Assembly: GCF_009914755.1 (NCBI RefSeq)
Contig: NC_060928.1
Source of the DNA: the human T2T-CHM13v2.0 reference genome, Homo sapiens
Reading direction: 5' to 3' (one strand)
Length of the DNA: 64,000 nucleotides
A model generated the notes under the pieces. The model was not told where the DNA came from. It was given only the letters and a program-made list of their open reading frames with translations, and searched no databases. Position 1 is the stretch's first letter, and each line of letters begins with the position of its first letter. Positions 12,964-28,100 of the stretch are shown one piece after another. A program made the translations under genes and the position numbers.

Positions 12964-15900
12964 ACATCTATAATACAGATGACCAGATATATACAGATTT
13001 AATTTAATGTAAAGGAAAATAAAACTTAGCCACCCTACAAATACAAATTGCAAAGTAAATACATTTCTACCACATTAGGACAATAATCCTCTCTATTTCA
13101 TTACTGACCACAGGATGCCACGATAATGAACATCTCAATATATTTAGAAAACTTGTGGAAACCTCAAGATTCAGCAACCAGATGAATGTAAGAAGAAATA
13201 TAGTAAATTCCCTCCGGAGCACTTGATTCCTGGTTGCCTTCCAAGTTCAATGGCAAGCTACTAACTTGTTAAGGAGCCCTCTGCTCCCTGGTTCACCATG
13301 CTCTTAAGTGTCATTTTTCTATCAACCATATGAGAAAGTGGAGTGTTTTCTGTATTATCTCCTGAGTCATACTATTTCTACAGTCCTATGTCATTCAGGT
13401 TTTTCTGGTTGTTATTCCTGTACTTCATTTTCCTGAAGCTTGTCTCCCCTTCATTAGAGTGGATGTTTGAGAGGCCACGCTTAAGTGGCTTGCATTTAGA
13501 AGCATGGGAAAATACTTCAAGCATTTAATTTAGACAATTACATATGTATACCAGGAGGATGAAATTCACATGAGAGAAGCAAGAAATTTTTGTTCTGCTG
13601 CCTTGCCACAGATAAGGAATCATCCTTCTTCTTTTTGGGGGAGGGAGTTGACTTTAAAAAATAATTATAGCATTGTGGAGAACTGACATGGGCCATAGAG
13701 TACTTCTTTAAAAGAGACAGTGAAACAGACAAAATAGAAAGACAACACAATACTATAGGAACGTGAGACATCAGTTCTTCTTTCTCCACTCCAAAAATAA
13801 ATTTATAGAGAACAAATATATTCTTTAACTTTGCCAGAATATACAATTTCCAAAATATACTAGCAAAATTAATTCTGCTTAGATACATCTGGAAATGCCA
13901 TTATTTGGGACCTTTGGAGTATATATAATGTACTGAAGTAGAAATTTACTATTTGCCAAGGAATTAGAGAGTATTCCAACAAAGTATCTTAAATAAGAAT
14001 CTGAATTGTTCAATTCTTGGCCCTGGGAACCTGGGAACATAAAGTTTCCAAATGAAGCAATGACAGAACACACCAGCTGGAGACACCCTGTCATGAAGGA
14101 TGGATTGATGGTGCCAGAAGATTCATGACCACGTACTTTCTGTTTTATTCTTACTTAAGTTTTTAAAGGGCATTTTAGTGTCCTTTATGTTGCTATTGGT
14201 ATCCTTCATGAGTACAATTTATGCACCCTGTCATCTATGCCACCCTTGGATTTTTTTGGAGGCGTCCATATAAACTGGATGATTAGTTTCTTCCATCATC
14301 TCTATCATCACCTCAAATTTTAAATATGAAAGAACCTCTGCACTGTACCTATTGTTCTTATACTGACATTGAAAGATGGTTGTCTTCAAGTTAGAATCAA
14401 GTAAATGATGCCAAGCCAAGTTTTAGTTCTTCCTTTTAGAAATCTGAAGCCAATAACATAGGGGGGAAAGTCATCAGCCACATAGGGGAGAAGAGAGAAC
14501 ACGGAAGATTAGACATGCATGGCAGGCTGAAAAAGAATTTCTTGAGTAATGATTTACTGGGATGCAATAGCCTGAAACTTCATGAAAATGCAAGATGAAT
14601 TTCTCCTTCACTACTTTCTTCTAAAATTATTTAGTAGTATACATTTTTCTCACAAGTTTTTCATATTACAAAAATGATCACTCCTAAATATGTAAATAGC
14701 CAAGTTTATTCATGAAAGACTCTTTTAAAAGCTTATTCACCCTGAACACAGTAACTACAGCTACCATCACCCAACCTCAGTTTCTTGACCCCATATAGCC
14801 CATGATCACCTCCCCGGCCTCCTCTCTTTCTTCTCGCTGTTTTCATCATGTGCTTTGGTCATAATGAAGTCATTTCACCTCCTCCATTATATTAAATTTA
14901 TTGTCAGATCCAACCCACCTTTGCTTTTACTCTTCCCTGTGTCTGCATTGCTTTCTCTTTCCCTTTCTTCCCTGCTCAGGTGTCCATCAATCTTGCAGCT
15001 TTTCTGCAGCTTTACAAATCTTTCTCTGATCCCCATATCGGATTTATGTTTTCTCTTGAGGTACTCCCATAAGTGCCTGAATTCATTCCCACCTTAGTGA
15101 ATCTCAATTTACTTTGTAATTTTTGTGTTTATTTCCTTTCCTTTCACCCCAGATATTAAACTCACTTCATTAGAGAAATGTGCAAACACAGAACAGTTTC
15201 TTCATTTGATTTTATGCTGCCTGAAATGTTTTCCCAAATGTTAAAAATACTTTAATCATTTCTTTTAAATTAATATACAAAATACTTGATATTTTCTATG
15301 AGCCTCTACATAACCAGACACTGCCTACCTCTTCCATGTCACCTCCTTCAACTCTGTCTTTACTCCTGCATCTCAGCCATACTGGCCTTCTTACAGTGTT
15401 TCCAAGAGTTCAGGCTGCTTTCTACCTGAGGGAAGCTTCTTGCCACCTTTATCACATTGTCTCCCCTACACTGTCTATTCTACACCTCTCTATTCCACAT
15501 GGAAAAACTCGGCATGGATATGCCACATTAATACACAGTGCTGTTCAGGCCCAGATCCTCTTGACACCTTCACAGTGCAGCACAAATTTCATGTGTAGCA
15601 CATATCACTGCCGTGGCTCAATTATTATTTAGGCAATTGCCTTTTTAATGTCCATCTTCCCAACTAGACTAAAAGCTCCATGAGGCAGTATCTATGTCTG
15701 TCTTGCTCAAGGAATAATTGTTACGAATCTATCTGGTCCAGTTTATGGCATGTGTGGGAACAGTGACTAATTGAATATAGGGCTAGAACATGATGCAAAA
15801 TAAAGATGTTGGGCCAGAAGATAAAAGACCTTGATTGCCATAACAAAGAATTTATATTTTATCCTAGAGACAATGAAGATCCATCAAATGTTTATAAGCT

Positions 15901-15984
15901 GAGATAATCAAATCTGTGTTTTAAAGAATAACTCTGGCAGCAAATTATATGGCTGACATGGTGGACTGGGAGCCAAGAGGCTAC

Positions 15985-16225
15985 TGTAGTAGATTATAAA
16001 AAATGGCCACACATTTATTTTGTCCCCATGTGTACATCCCCTTTGCAGGGTGACTTGGCCACTCTTGTTACTCCAAGTCTTTGAATTTCAACTTGATCGT
16101 GTGCCTTCCTTTGGTCAATGGCACATTAGCAACTCTTATGTAAGCAGAAGTGTGAAAACCGTTTGCACATTGGGGTTTGCCTGGTACTTGCCTGGGAACC
16201 TGAGGCCATCGTGTAAAGTAGCCAT
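15985..16225 (+). mobile_element. MLT1-family LTR fragment
   Basis: tgtagtagattata...atggccaca...tttggtcaatgg...gtaagcagaagtgtgaaa; approximate. Confidence 0.5.
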
Positions 16226-18970
16226 ACTACAGCAGTGAATTCCAACCAGATTTTAAATTTTCTCCATTCCGTTTATATGTATAACATTCCTTTCCCACCG
16301 TTAGAAATATCTCTCACTTCAAACATTAGTTCTCAGTGGTGCGTATTGACAATGTGCAATATTGGGATAGGAGGAGGCATATGCAGTATGACTTAATCTC
16401 ACAAGAGATTCCACTATGCTCTATGAATGCAAATTGAAAGTCACTCTACTAAGTCTCACTGATGAATGAATGAACAGTTAACTTAGCCTGGGGAGTTAAC
16501 AGGCTCCACAAAGAAAGTGACATTTATGCTGGACCTGAGAAGGAAGAATAAATATTCATCAGCTGGAGAAGTGAGAGAAGGGCACGTTAGACAAAGAGAA
16601 TAGTATGTACAAAGGCAAATCTTACATCCAAAATGACTGTTTTTAAATCTCTTTTATTTTTGTACAACTGAACACACACCCTAACATTCTTAATTATGCT
16701 GGCAAAGCTATAGCACTTTCAAGGAAATATATGGAATTACTTTGCAGAGTCTAAAGTTTGCAGAGAGGTCATCCAAATAAATTATTATGATAATTATTAA
16801 CTTTCCTCAAAACATTCTTATTTTCAGGAACTTACTTTAAACATTTCCATGTCATCTTCATCTAAGTCTCATTCTCCAGAGCAAGTTTAATGCGGACAAT
16901 AAGATTTGGTGATTGTTTATTTGTCTCAATTGTCAAATAGTTTCAGTAGGTCTAAAATCATGTTGACTTTGTGAAATTGAATCTAACCCTGGTTTTGCCA
17001 TGTGTCTTCATTAATCTCATATGAAAGGGCTGATATCAATCAAGATCTCATACCTCATTCCCATATATACCAAACTTCTGGTATTCCCTTAAACAGACAC
17101 AAATATGCCCTCACACCTACACCCACAGTAAATTAAGTCGCTGAAGGAAATTACTATCATATAATGCTTCTGTATTTCTCTTTAATGGAGCATGTAGAAC
17201 ACCTTTTCCCTACACATAATAGGATTAATATTTAAAAGCATCATCTTCAGCCAAGTGCAAACCTTTGTCTGCCCTCAGGGAAAGACTAGCCAATGAGAGG
17301 TTATTCTGGTGATGTAATGCTTGTTACCTTGCTCTCTTTCAGGCATGATTGGGGAAGATGCTTTTCAGAACATCAAACATGAATAGAATTTAACTCTTTC
17401 TCACATGACTAATTTTAGCACATAAGCCACCTGCAGTATTTCATAAATGTGTTGCTTAAGATCGCCCTGAAATAGTTATGCAAAATCATTAGAGTAGAGA
17501 ATTTTTGTTAAGCATTGACATCTGTATCCACTGGCACTTGCCAATAGCTCCCCACCTTTCTTGAGAGATCACTTACTTCTGTATCCTGATCCTTACGTAA
17601 ATGGGCAAAGAATATATTAACACTAGCCAGCAGCAGATAAGCTTATTATTTCCTTCTCAGACACAGATACTCATGAAAATCAAATCAAAAGGAATAGAAA
17701 CCTAATATGTGTTTTCCAAAGTCAAATTAATCACTCTGTCTCTCATGACCATATACAGGGTTTATCTTCATATCCATATACTTTATTTCAAAAACAAAAA
17801 AGATTTAAGCAAGTATTTTAATAACCAGGTGTGTTTACAATGATATTATAATCTTCTGCCTCGTGAATAATTTTCAGATCTCTATTGATGCTACTAAATG
17901 TTTATTAATGTTCAGAGAAGCCCTAGCCCAGATCAGGTGAAGACCTATTACCCCTTACATAGCCTGATTCTATGAAAACTGATAGGCAGGACAGGGTGAA
18001 TATGTGTTGGTTTCCACCAGCGAAGTATGCAAAAATGCAGACACTGAGCTAAAAAATTTCCGGCGGATATTATTTCATGTAGTATCTCATTCCCATTCCC
18101 TCCTCCTCCACCCAAACCTCACTTTTTGAGCAAAAGAATGCAATAGTAAGCATGTTGTCTGAAAAACATAATTTGGAAGAGGAAGATAATGATACCTGAG
18201 CATACCAGTGGTTTATCTGATCTGACACCAGGAATAAAGCAACTCAGACTGCTAAGCCAGCTGTGTAATTTGAAGTGTAATATGTAGTTCAGAGATGATG
18301 AGCTATGAGAACTTATAGTCAAAATGTTGGAAAATTAATATATTAGAATCTTTTCCTCTTCATTTCTTTTTTCCAGAATATCCTGCTAACACTTTGAGAA
18401 AACTGAGTTAATTTTTGGCACTTGAGCCATTCTTTGGACTTTTCTACTCGTTTAGGTCATGATAATACAGTTGCATTGGAATGGGGTGAAATTATGGGAT
18501 TATAGAGCATTTCAAACCTGGCTGTGAATAATGTCTGTACATATAGGAGAGTGATAAGTCACTGTAACTTCACTGAGCCACAGTTTCCTCATCTATTAAA
18601 ATGAAATAATTAAATATTAATTATTAAAACAGCATAATTCTTGGCAAGTAATTAATAAGTACTCAATTGATAGTAGCTATGGTTTTTACTATTTTTTTCA
18701 TAGACAAATAATATCAAAGCTGCTTTACCTTTCAAAGTTAGAAACCAAACTATATAAAAATAATTTTATACCCACAATAGGTTTTCTGATATAACAAATT
18801 GTATGCCACTTTTAAATTTTGAAATAAATCATTTTGTTTTCCATTGAAGATTCAATTTGCACTTGATTTTTACTTTCCCATATTATTTAGCAGAATTTTA
18901 TTTTTATATATTAATATTTCAAAGTTAGTGCTTTACAAATATATGACTTTGTGTTCTATTAGTATAAATG

Positions 18971-19060
18971 GTAGTAGTAGTGTAAATAGTAGTAGTACTG
19001 TAAGTAGTAGTAGCAGCAGCAGCAGCAGCAGTAGCAGTAGCAGTAGCAGTAGCAGTAGCA
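18971..19060 (+). repeat. Compound (TAG)n-(CAG)6-(TAGCAG)4-5 microsatellite
   Basis: CAG x6 at 19014-19031 flanked by TAG and TAGCAG arrays. Confidence 0.95.
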
Positions 19061-20360
19061 TAAATGTTACTTCTAAAGACCTGCCAAGTTTTAAACGCAT
19101 TGCTTCTCCAGTGCTTGAGAAAAGGTCCTGGAAGGCATTTCTCAGGCCATTAAGTCAGCTTATTGAAAAGTGGAAAATGCAGTTTATCACCCTAAAGCAA
19201 AATGAGTAGCTCAAGTTTTTCAGTAAATTAGCTTAAACTAAATTGATATTGTTTACATCCAGTGAAAAGCACTGACACATTTCTGCAAATTGATTTTAGA
19301 TTTTAAGTAAGGGCAATTTAAGTTCACTTTCTCAAAATCTGCTTAGTGCCTAACCTGTGTATGGAGATATTCTAAGATTAAAAACAACCACCACAATGAC
19401 TTGGCTTCTGCCTTCTAGATGCTGATGTCTAGTTAAGGGAACAGACAGTGCACAGTGTCTTAAGTTCCATAATGGAGGTAGGTATAAAATTATTGGAAAT
19501 ATAGATGGTGGGGCTTTCAATTCAACACTGGAGGAATGAGTTTTTCAGAAAAATTGTAGACAGGTGACATTTCATTGGCTTTCAGGAAATAATGAGTTTC
19601 TTGTTTGGATAAGATGGAATAATGATCCAGGTAGAAGGAACAGTTAGAGCAAAGGAAGAAAGGACTAAAAATTCATAGCTGTTTATTGAATGGCTATTGA
19701 CCCATTCTAATGTTTCTATAGAATAGAATGCATTAGATGGAAATGTGGCAATGGAAAGGTTGTGCTTTCTGTATAGAGACGCTGTTTGGAAAACTGAAAT
19801 ATTACCTTCCAAATCATAGTATTCTTATATTTTCTTTATAGCATCCCATCAGAAAATTCATAACACATGTTAACTATATATATTTTGTGATGTATTTAAG
19901 CTTACTGGACCTTTCTTCAAGTAAAACAATGTTATTCCTTTGCTTTTCCTCAGATTTAAAAAATTATTCCAATGTACTATTCACTTCAAATAAAGTAAAG
20001 GTAAATCCCACAAATCATCCTTCAAAAGGGCGACATAAGTTGTGCAAAAATAATACTAAAGATATAGACAACATCTATTTATTTTGATTCATGCAGAAGT
20101 CTATATGAGCTAATTGTAAAAGGCAATACATCTAAATAGCATGTGGTTAATAATGTCAGATTATGCATTAAAGAAATATTGTCTATGCTAACTTTTTACT
20201 AAAAGTTATTTGGAAAAACTTCATTGCTCTTATTCACACAGTAAACCACCATACCATCAAGTAAATGAATGCAGTAAGTCATTCACCTTTCATACTGTGG
20301 GTGTGAAAACATTCTTAAATAAAACTTGCTGAGAGTTATCTGCCATTTTCTTTAAGTATA

Positions 20361-20773
20361 CAGATTCTCCATGACTTATGATGGGGTTACATCCCGGTAA
20401 TCCTAAGTTGAAAATATCATTAGGTCAGAAATGCATTTAATACACCAAAGATCATACCTTAGTCTAGGCTACCATAAACATGCTCAGAACACTTACATTA
20501 GCCTATATTTGGACAAATAATCTCATAATGCAGTACATTGTAGAGTATTGGTTGATCATGGTTGTTCACCTTTGTGATCTCATGGCTGACTGGGAGCTTT
20601 GGCTTATTACCACTACTCAGCATCTTGAGAAGTATCGTATCACATATCACTAGCTGGGAGAAAGGTCACAATTCAAAATTTGAAGTATAGTTCCCACTGA
20701 ATCTGTATGGCTTTTACACAGTTGAAAAATCAAAAAATTATAAGTGAAACCATTGCAAGCTGGGGACCATCTG
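20361..20773 (+). mobile_element. Tigger3/Golem non-autonomous DNA transposon
   Basis: TIRs cagattctccatgacttatgatgg ... ccattgcaagctggggaccatctg flanked by TA (20359-60, 20774-75). Confidence 0.88.
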
Positions 20774-21157
20774 TATTCACTGAATAAGTTCCCATACCTC
20801 TGAACAGGACTATGTATGTGTTCATAATTCAAGTATATTTAGTGATACTTACTAGACTTGAATTGAAATGTATTATCCACACATACATTGTGATATTGTT
20901 ATAACAGGAATAATTCTATTTAATAAATGGTATGTGCTCAACTTTCTATATTCTATGTCCCTGTGTCCCTTTTGTGACCAGTATCATGTATTTTAGAATT
21001 AGTTAACTAGAATTACAGGTAACTGGGTCAATCATGGGTTTCATTATGTAAAACAAACTGAGCTGCATGGAGCTTGAACCTAGGTGTCGGTCCATTTTGG
21101 TCTTTCTGTCCACCTTAGATATCATCCACAGAAGTATTCGTCTAAGTGAGTGTGAGC

Positions 21158-21183
21158 GTGTGTGTGTGTGTGTGTGTGTGTGT
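21158..21183 (+). repeat. (GT)13 microsatellite
   Basis: Read directly; ends 138 nt upstream of the last MTHFD2L exon. Confidence 0.98.
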
Positions 21184-21321
21184 CTGTTTATTACAGCCTA
21201 CTTGATTCTAAAAATGATTTGTATATATAATGAAGAATCACTATATTCAGCATGTTTAAAAATATTAAAATCTCAGATATTTTAAAATAAAGAATATCTG
21301 TTTGTTTTTTTTCCTCATCAG

Positions 21322-21434
21322 CTGTTAAAAAGAAAGCTGGCTTTATCACTCCAGTTCCAGGAGGTGTGGGACCCATGACAGTGGCAATGCTTCTGAAGAA
21401 CACCCTTCTGGCAGCTAAAAAAATCATTTACTAG
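21322..21434 (+). CDS. MTHFD2L: MTHFD2L last coding exon
   Basis: T-tract + catcag acceptor; phase 1; (A)[39 protein letters not shown] at 21432-21434; contains the FolD signature [11 protein letters not shown]. Confidence 0.97.
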
Positions 21435-22730
21435 ATCACATGAAAGGATAAAGCAAACTGAAGTCATGCTATTTGTTTATTTGACAAAGGGTAAAACCTT
21501 TATATTTTACTACAAAGCTATTTATTTCTACATGGTATTTATTTTTTCATGGGTGAAATCATTGTGAATCAATTGATTCACATAGTTTTATGCATTTCCT
21601 GCTAATTTATTTTGAGTTTTAAGAAAACAACCAAAACAATTCCAATGAAAATTTTAGTAACAATTGTTTATTTTGAGGGTATTTGTTCATAACATTAAAA
21701 CAATAAAGGGCTCATAATAAATAAATATATTTTTGACACAATTAAATATTACATAGAGTATGTTTACAACAAATATCCTGTCAGCCAAATGGTTACCCAT
21801 ATAAAATGTAATTTAGGTTTTGCTACTTGCATGCTAACATTTTTAATGTATTTTATGATCTATGTCATATATTAAAAAAGAGCTTGCTTACTACAAGAAA
21901 AATATTGAAATATTGAAAATATTGAAAATATTATTATTGAAAATAAAATCTTGATCTCAACTATCCCCCAAATGCATCCTATAAGTCCATCCTAATGAGA
22001 AATGATGTTCTATTTAAGGAAAGGAAAATATTCCGGGAAGGCAAAAAATGCAGTGCTGTTTGGAAGTGTAATGATTTTATCACATGGTGAATGACTACTA
22101 AGAGTAATGATTATATCACATTGTGAATGACTACTTGCCACAGTAAAAATACATGAAGAATGTGTTAGGTTTAAACGTCGTTTCTTTCTTCTAAAAAATA
22201 TTTGGTTAGTACCTTCACTGAGCAATAGTGGAAAAATAAAAAAATAAGTAAACAGAAAAAACTAAAGTTGTATTTTCCCACAAATATAGTATGAATGAGG
22301 TCATATTAAAGAACAGCAACTGTTAATGTTTGTTCACAAATTCAGAAATCTAATAGGAAAACATGATACTTTCAATGTGCCAAAACTAAACCTTAGTATA
22401 CAACTAAAAATCTCCTGCCTTCTTGCCTACCTGTCTTCCCTCTTCTGTTACAGAATTTGTTCCTCAAAGTAGATGCAATGTTTCTAACACAATTTAAATT
22501 AGGAAATATATATGAATGTCGTTGAAGTCTATTTTGAGACTGCTAAAGCTATTAATTGATACTGTGTTTTTATGCCCAAATCCCAGTATGTTTATGTACC
22601 AATAATGACTCTTACCCAGCGCATGTCTTTATCAGTGTGTACTCGTGACGATTTGTGTGAAAATAGACTTGATGTTTATAATTAATACCATTACAACTGT
22701 ATAATAAAAGCAATTTGAAGAAAAGCTGTA
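21435..22730 (+). other. MTHFD2L: MTHFD2L 3' UTR (AU-rich, several candidate poly(A) signals)
   Basis: AATAAA at 21702, 21942 and 22703; the last has a downstream T-rich element (22731-22740). Confidence 0.7.
22703..22708 (+). terminator. MTHFD2L: Probable distal poly(A) signal of MTHFD2L
   Basis: AATAAA with upstream TGTA and downstream U-rich tract. Confidence 0.65.
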
Positions 22731-23088
22731 TTCTTTTTTTCTGTAGATATAAATTTCTTACCCATTTCCTTACTACATCCTGGAGAAATGTACAAGTTTC
22801 TAAAATGTGAAAGAAAAGTTTATATAGCATATTCCACAGTCAGTTCAGATCAATTGTTGTCTGATAACCCTGATGGAAGTTTAAATTTAAAGTTTCCAAG
22901 CAAACATTCAGAAAGGGCCTCTTTAATTTTTAAGGGTTCCTAACTCCCAAAACAAATAAAGTGACTAAAATACATGTATGTGGAAAATGTGAAGACTGTA
23001 ATTTTGAGCTCTACCTCAACAGAGGTGCAGGAAGGGTACCTTTGGAATAACATTCAGAATTTAGACTTCCCATAAACTAATTAAAATG

Positions 23089-23509
23089 CTGTAGAAGAAA
23101 AATTACTCTGACACTTGTTTAAAACAGTCAAGAAGATGTTAAGACTATTGCAGTGGATGAAGGAGATTGAACTAACTATGAATACAACATAGACAGCTAG
23201 AGATTTATAGCCAATGAGCAGAGCTAGGGGGTTGGTGGATGAAAAATTACTAAGAGGACCTTTAGATATTCAGGGTAGGGGGATTCTTGTTAAACTGGCT
23301 TGTCAGGATGCTTGATAACAGCAGGCCAAAGACTTAGATATCAAAGGAAGAGGATTAGAAACTAGATAAAATAGCAATGGTGAGGGACCCTCCATAAACT
23401 GACTTAACAGGATTCTTTGCTAAAACTGGGCTCGATGGGTCTAGATCAAGACCTGATCAGGGAGAGAGCTCAGAGGAGCCTGACTAAGATTCGGTGAAAG
23501 AGTCAACAT
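23089..23509 (-). mobile_element. ERV1 solo LTR (MER31-like)
   Basis: Reverse complement contains ...tagtcaggctcctctgagc...; paired ggattctt(t)g..aaactgg repeats. Confidence 0.65.
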
Positions 23510-24166
23510 ATTACAGAGGTAAAGTCAATGTATTGGAACCATAACTTTACAAGTATTTGAAGTCCTTAAAAGATAGACATGTTGGCCTTGTGGAGGAGCA
23601 TAGAGATGGTTTTCTTCTCCTACCATATCTGTATCTGTAAAGTATCTGTAAAGAGCGCCCTAAAGAACATAATAAAGTTACAGAAATGATTATGAGCTTA
23701 CCATATATGTATGAAAGCAAGAGTTGCAATTAGACAAAAATGAAAGGTTTGTTTTGGAAAGTGGTACAGCTGGATAAGTATGCAAAAATAAATTAGAGGA
23801 GTGGATAAATCAGAATTTGGCAGTATTTAGCAAGTTACGAGAATTGTAGTTAGAGGTCAGAAGATGTTATCATTGACTAACATGAGGAAATTGTAAAAGG
23901 GAGCTGACTTTGGAGTAGAGATAATATGTTCAGATTAAAATATGTTAAGTTTGAGGTGATGACATAATACATAGATAAGAATTCTGAAGTAATATCAGTC
24001 TAGGAAGAGGATAAGAATTCATAGTTACTGATAAGAATTTAGGACTCGTCAGCATATACGGACACACTAAATTCCTGGCCTTGGTAACCATTATACACAC
24101 TCTGTGTCTTTCCACACTTGTTCAATAGTAACAACTATCCTTAACTGAGCACGTAGCATGTGCTAA

Positions 24167-24453
<287 letters not shown>

Positions 24454-25746
24454 CTTTTTTTTTTGTCTTTGCTCATTATTGACAATCTCCACTTGATAGA
24501 TGAGAAAATTATTGACCCTCCTGGTTATTAAAAAGCCTCAGCCAAGGCCAAATAGATAGAAAAGGTGGAATCTGAATTCACAACAAAGTCTGTTGGGATG
24601 ATGTGAGTCAGAAGCCACTCCTTTTACTACTCCACTCTGCCTTCCCTCAGATCCTGCCCTCACCCCGAAGTCCTTTCTCTTATTACTAGGTGTCTAAATC
24701 CTACTTGCTATTTAAGATTCACTTCAAATGAAACTTGTCCATGAAAAATGTCAGCCCTTAGCTCTCAGAGCTTTTATGCACACATTCATGGCAGTTGTCA
24801 CTCCCTACCCAGTACTGCAGTTATGTATGTACTTTGCCTAGAACCCTTTAGTTCCTTGAAGTCAGAATCCATGCATGATTTCTCTATTTGTCTTACAAAT
24901 ATCATCTCACCCAGCCTAGTGCCATGGATATAGTAGTCATTCAATATTTTATGAATGAATGCAACTGAATCCATGAAAGTGATAGAATAAACTTAGAGAG
25001 AGAATCAATGAACTGATCACCATTCTCTGCCAATGACCAGTAATAAATTTTGGTTAAGTTAGTGAAACAGCCAGGAAAAAAAGATAGAAAGGGGAGGGAA
25101 GAATAAACTTTCAGAGATTCTCTCTTCTAGCATAAACTTCTAGAAGAAGAGAGATAAGTAAATTGAAAAGACTGGAAACATGGCATGAGAGAAAAGTAGT
25201 AGTGGAGCTCTTAGCCTCTCATTTCCTTCTCCTTTCTCACCCTAACCTGCTTTAATGCATATTAAGAATGAATAAAGATATCAGAAAAACCACCTTACAG
25301 TATCCATCTGCCCCCCATTCTTTAGGATTTGGAGAAAGGACTTTTGGGTGAGAGGATTGAAGATGTGAAGGGAGTGGACTTTCCTGTAAAGATTGTTAAG
25401 TGGGAGCCATGAGTATGGGCCCCAGAGGAAAGGCAACATGTTTGATGACTTAAAGTTACTTTCTGGTATACTCCATAAGCTAAAGCAGAAGATGGGTTTC
25501 TATATTAAGTGGCCCAGTTTACCAGAGAGGCTTCAGTTCCATCTCTCAGCACAGATGTGAGTGAAAATCACAGTTAATTAAATATTTAGTTTTTTTTCTA
25601 ATAAAGGTAATTTATTTAAAGCTTGATTTTAGGAGATAATTGAGGGAATTCTTTTGAGATCAGTACAACAACTACTACAAGAGAACACAGCTAGGTAAAT
25701 GGAAAGAGCATACGATTTAGAATCTGTAAATATAGAATTGAAGTCC

Positions 25747-26032
<286 letters not shown>

Positions 26033-26337
26033 AGGATTGAAGTGCTGACTCTAGGCATGTCCTTTGGCAAGTCACTTAATTCTTTTGGGCCTCAATTTGT
26101 CATTTGTCATGTGAGAATAGAAATAATGCCTATTTATTTCCTTATTCTCTGAAGACAGATTCATTGAGTATTTACTAGATGTTAGGCACTGGATTTGTTT
26201 GGGCCAGGGTTACTGAAGAAAGAATTGAGATGTGTAGGGAAACCTGTAAAGTGCAAAGGACTGCACTAGCTACAGTTAAGAGTTTTTACAAAGATAATCT
26301 TTGTACTTTGATGTCTCAGTCTTAGAAATAAACTATT

Positions 26338-26674
<337 letters not shown>

Positions 26675-27974
26675 TTAATCTTTTGTAAATGATTTCTTTT
26701 TAAATTCTCAGCAATGGTGCAAAGACGATTGTTCAATTTATAATTCAAATGTTATTTGCCTGGGAAATATATTATCTAGAAATCGACTTAGTAATCAACA
26801 GTTTTTTAAAAACCTACAAAAGTAGAAATGCAAAATGTAGACACATTTAAAGCGAGCCAAGTACTATTATATTATTTTAACTTTAAAATGATGACTCCTG
26901 TGGCAAGTGATTGCCCAAGTTATAATGAGTTCAACAAGCTTGTTCTTGTGTGATTTCTAACACCACATTTATATTTGAATAGTGAAAGGGCTCCTTTCTG
27001 GTAAATCTAATTTGCTGAGTGGACATGATGCAAAAGATAACCTATCTTGACTTGAATATGTTTTTAGGGTTTTGAGGTTTCAAGTTTCAAGAAAATACAA
27101 GGAATTGAAATTCCAGACAGAAAGACTCAATGCCTCAGGAAGATATATTTATAAATCATTTATATTAATTTGGGGCAAGTGAAAATTTCTGTAGTTGTAA
27201 AATATAGTAGCTGTAATGACATATTTTGGCCTTTAAAGTGCCACTTTAATAATTACAACTAGATGAACTTGAGAAATAATTTGAATGTTGTATTAACTTA
27301 GAAACTTTCTATTCATTGGATGTATCCAAACTAAATGTCATCTTAATTTTCTCTTAATGGAGAATTTTAATATTATTATTATTGCTATTATCATTATGTT
27401 GGTACTTTACTGGTTCTCTGTAGCTTAATCATTGGGATGCAGATTTAAGCATTGTTGTTCCTGGAATATGGCAGCCCATTTCATTTACTCAGAAAAATGT
27501 TAAATAGCAGGATGACAGAAAGGTGAATATTATACTATTAAAAATAATTTTATTTACAGCACTTGTCATAGTAACACTAAGAAACAAACACTAAAATGGA
27601 ATATGAAACCTCTGTGTTTTCACAAATTTAACTGTTCTCTGCAACTAAATTAACAAATTATCTTGATTTGAAATGGAACTTATAGTCTGTAATAAAAGGT
27701 GGTATAACCAACTATAGTTTCAGGTATATTTCTTTTAGAAACAGGTTATGCTGCTTCCTAATTTGCAGTTATGTTTGTTGAACTCCCGTATAGGTTTCTA
27801 GCATAGTTTGAGCTGGTATAGTTCTCTTCACACCAATGGGAGCCTTTCCTGAAATTACATTTTGTTCTTGTTGTTTTAAGTACTTTTACATACATGATTA
27901 TGCCCACAGGTAACAGGAAACCAGTGTTTCAAAAGAAAACTTGATCACATTGCTAGATAATACAGGTATCCTAA

Positions 27975-28100
27975 CCAAGTGCGTGAGCGCCCAGAGGCTT
28001 TCTGCTGCTGCCAGAAGTACATATTTTTTTGATTGGTAAGAACTGCCAGATGACGCTTCATGAAATATAAATGCAACAAAGACTCAGAGAGCTCAATAAA
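27975..28100 (+). promoter_or_regulatory. EPGN: EPGN proximal promoter
   Basis: TATAAA 28066-28071, inverted CCAAT (ATTGG) 28032-28036, CRE half-site TGACG 28051-28055, XRE core TGCGTG 27980-27985; the TATA box is about 90 nt upstream of the ATG. Confidence 0.7.

Noticed and set aside
13050-14450. Possible hidden exon or processed pseudogene
   Set aside because: No recognisable protein similarity in the short ORFs and no convincing splice-site pair
18844-19209. 121-aa poly-serine ORF
   Set aside because: Translation of the TAG/CAG microsatellite with a TTG start
21191-21427. Minus-strand 78-aa ORF
   Set aside because: Antisense shadow of the MTHFD2L last exon
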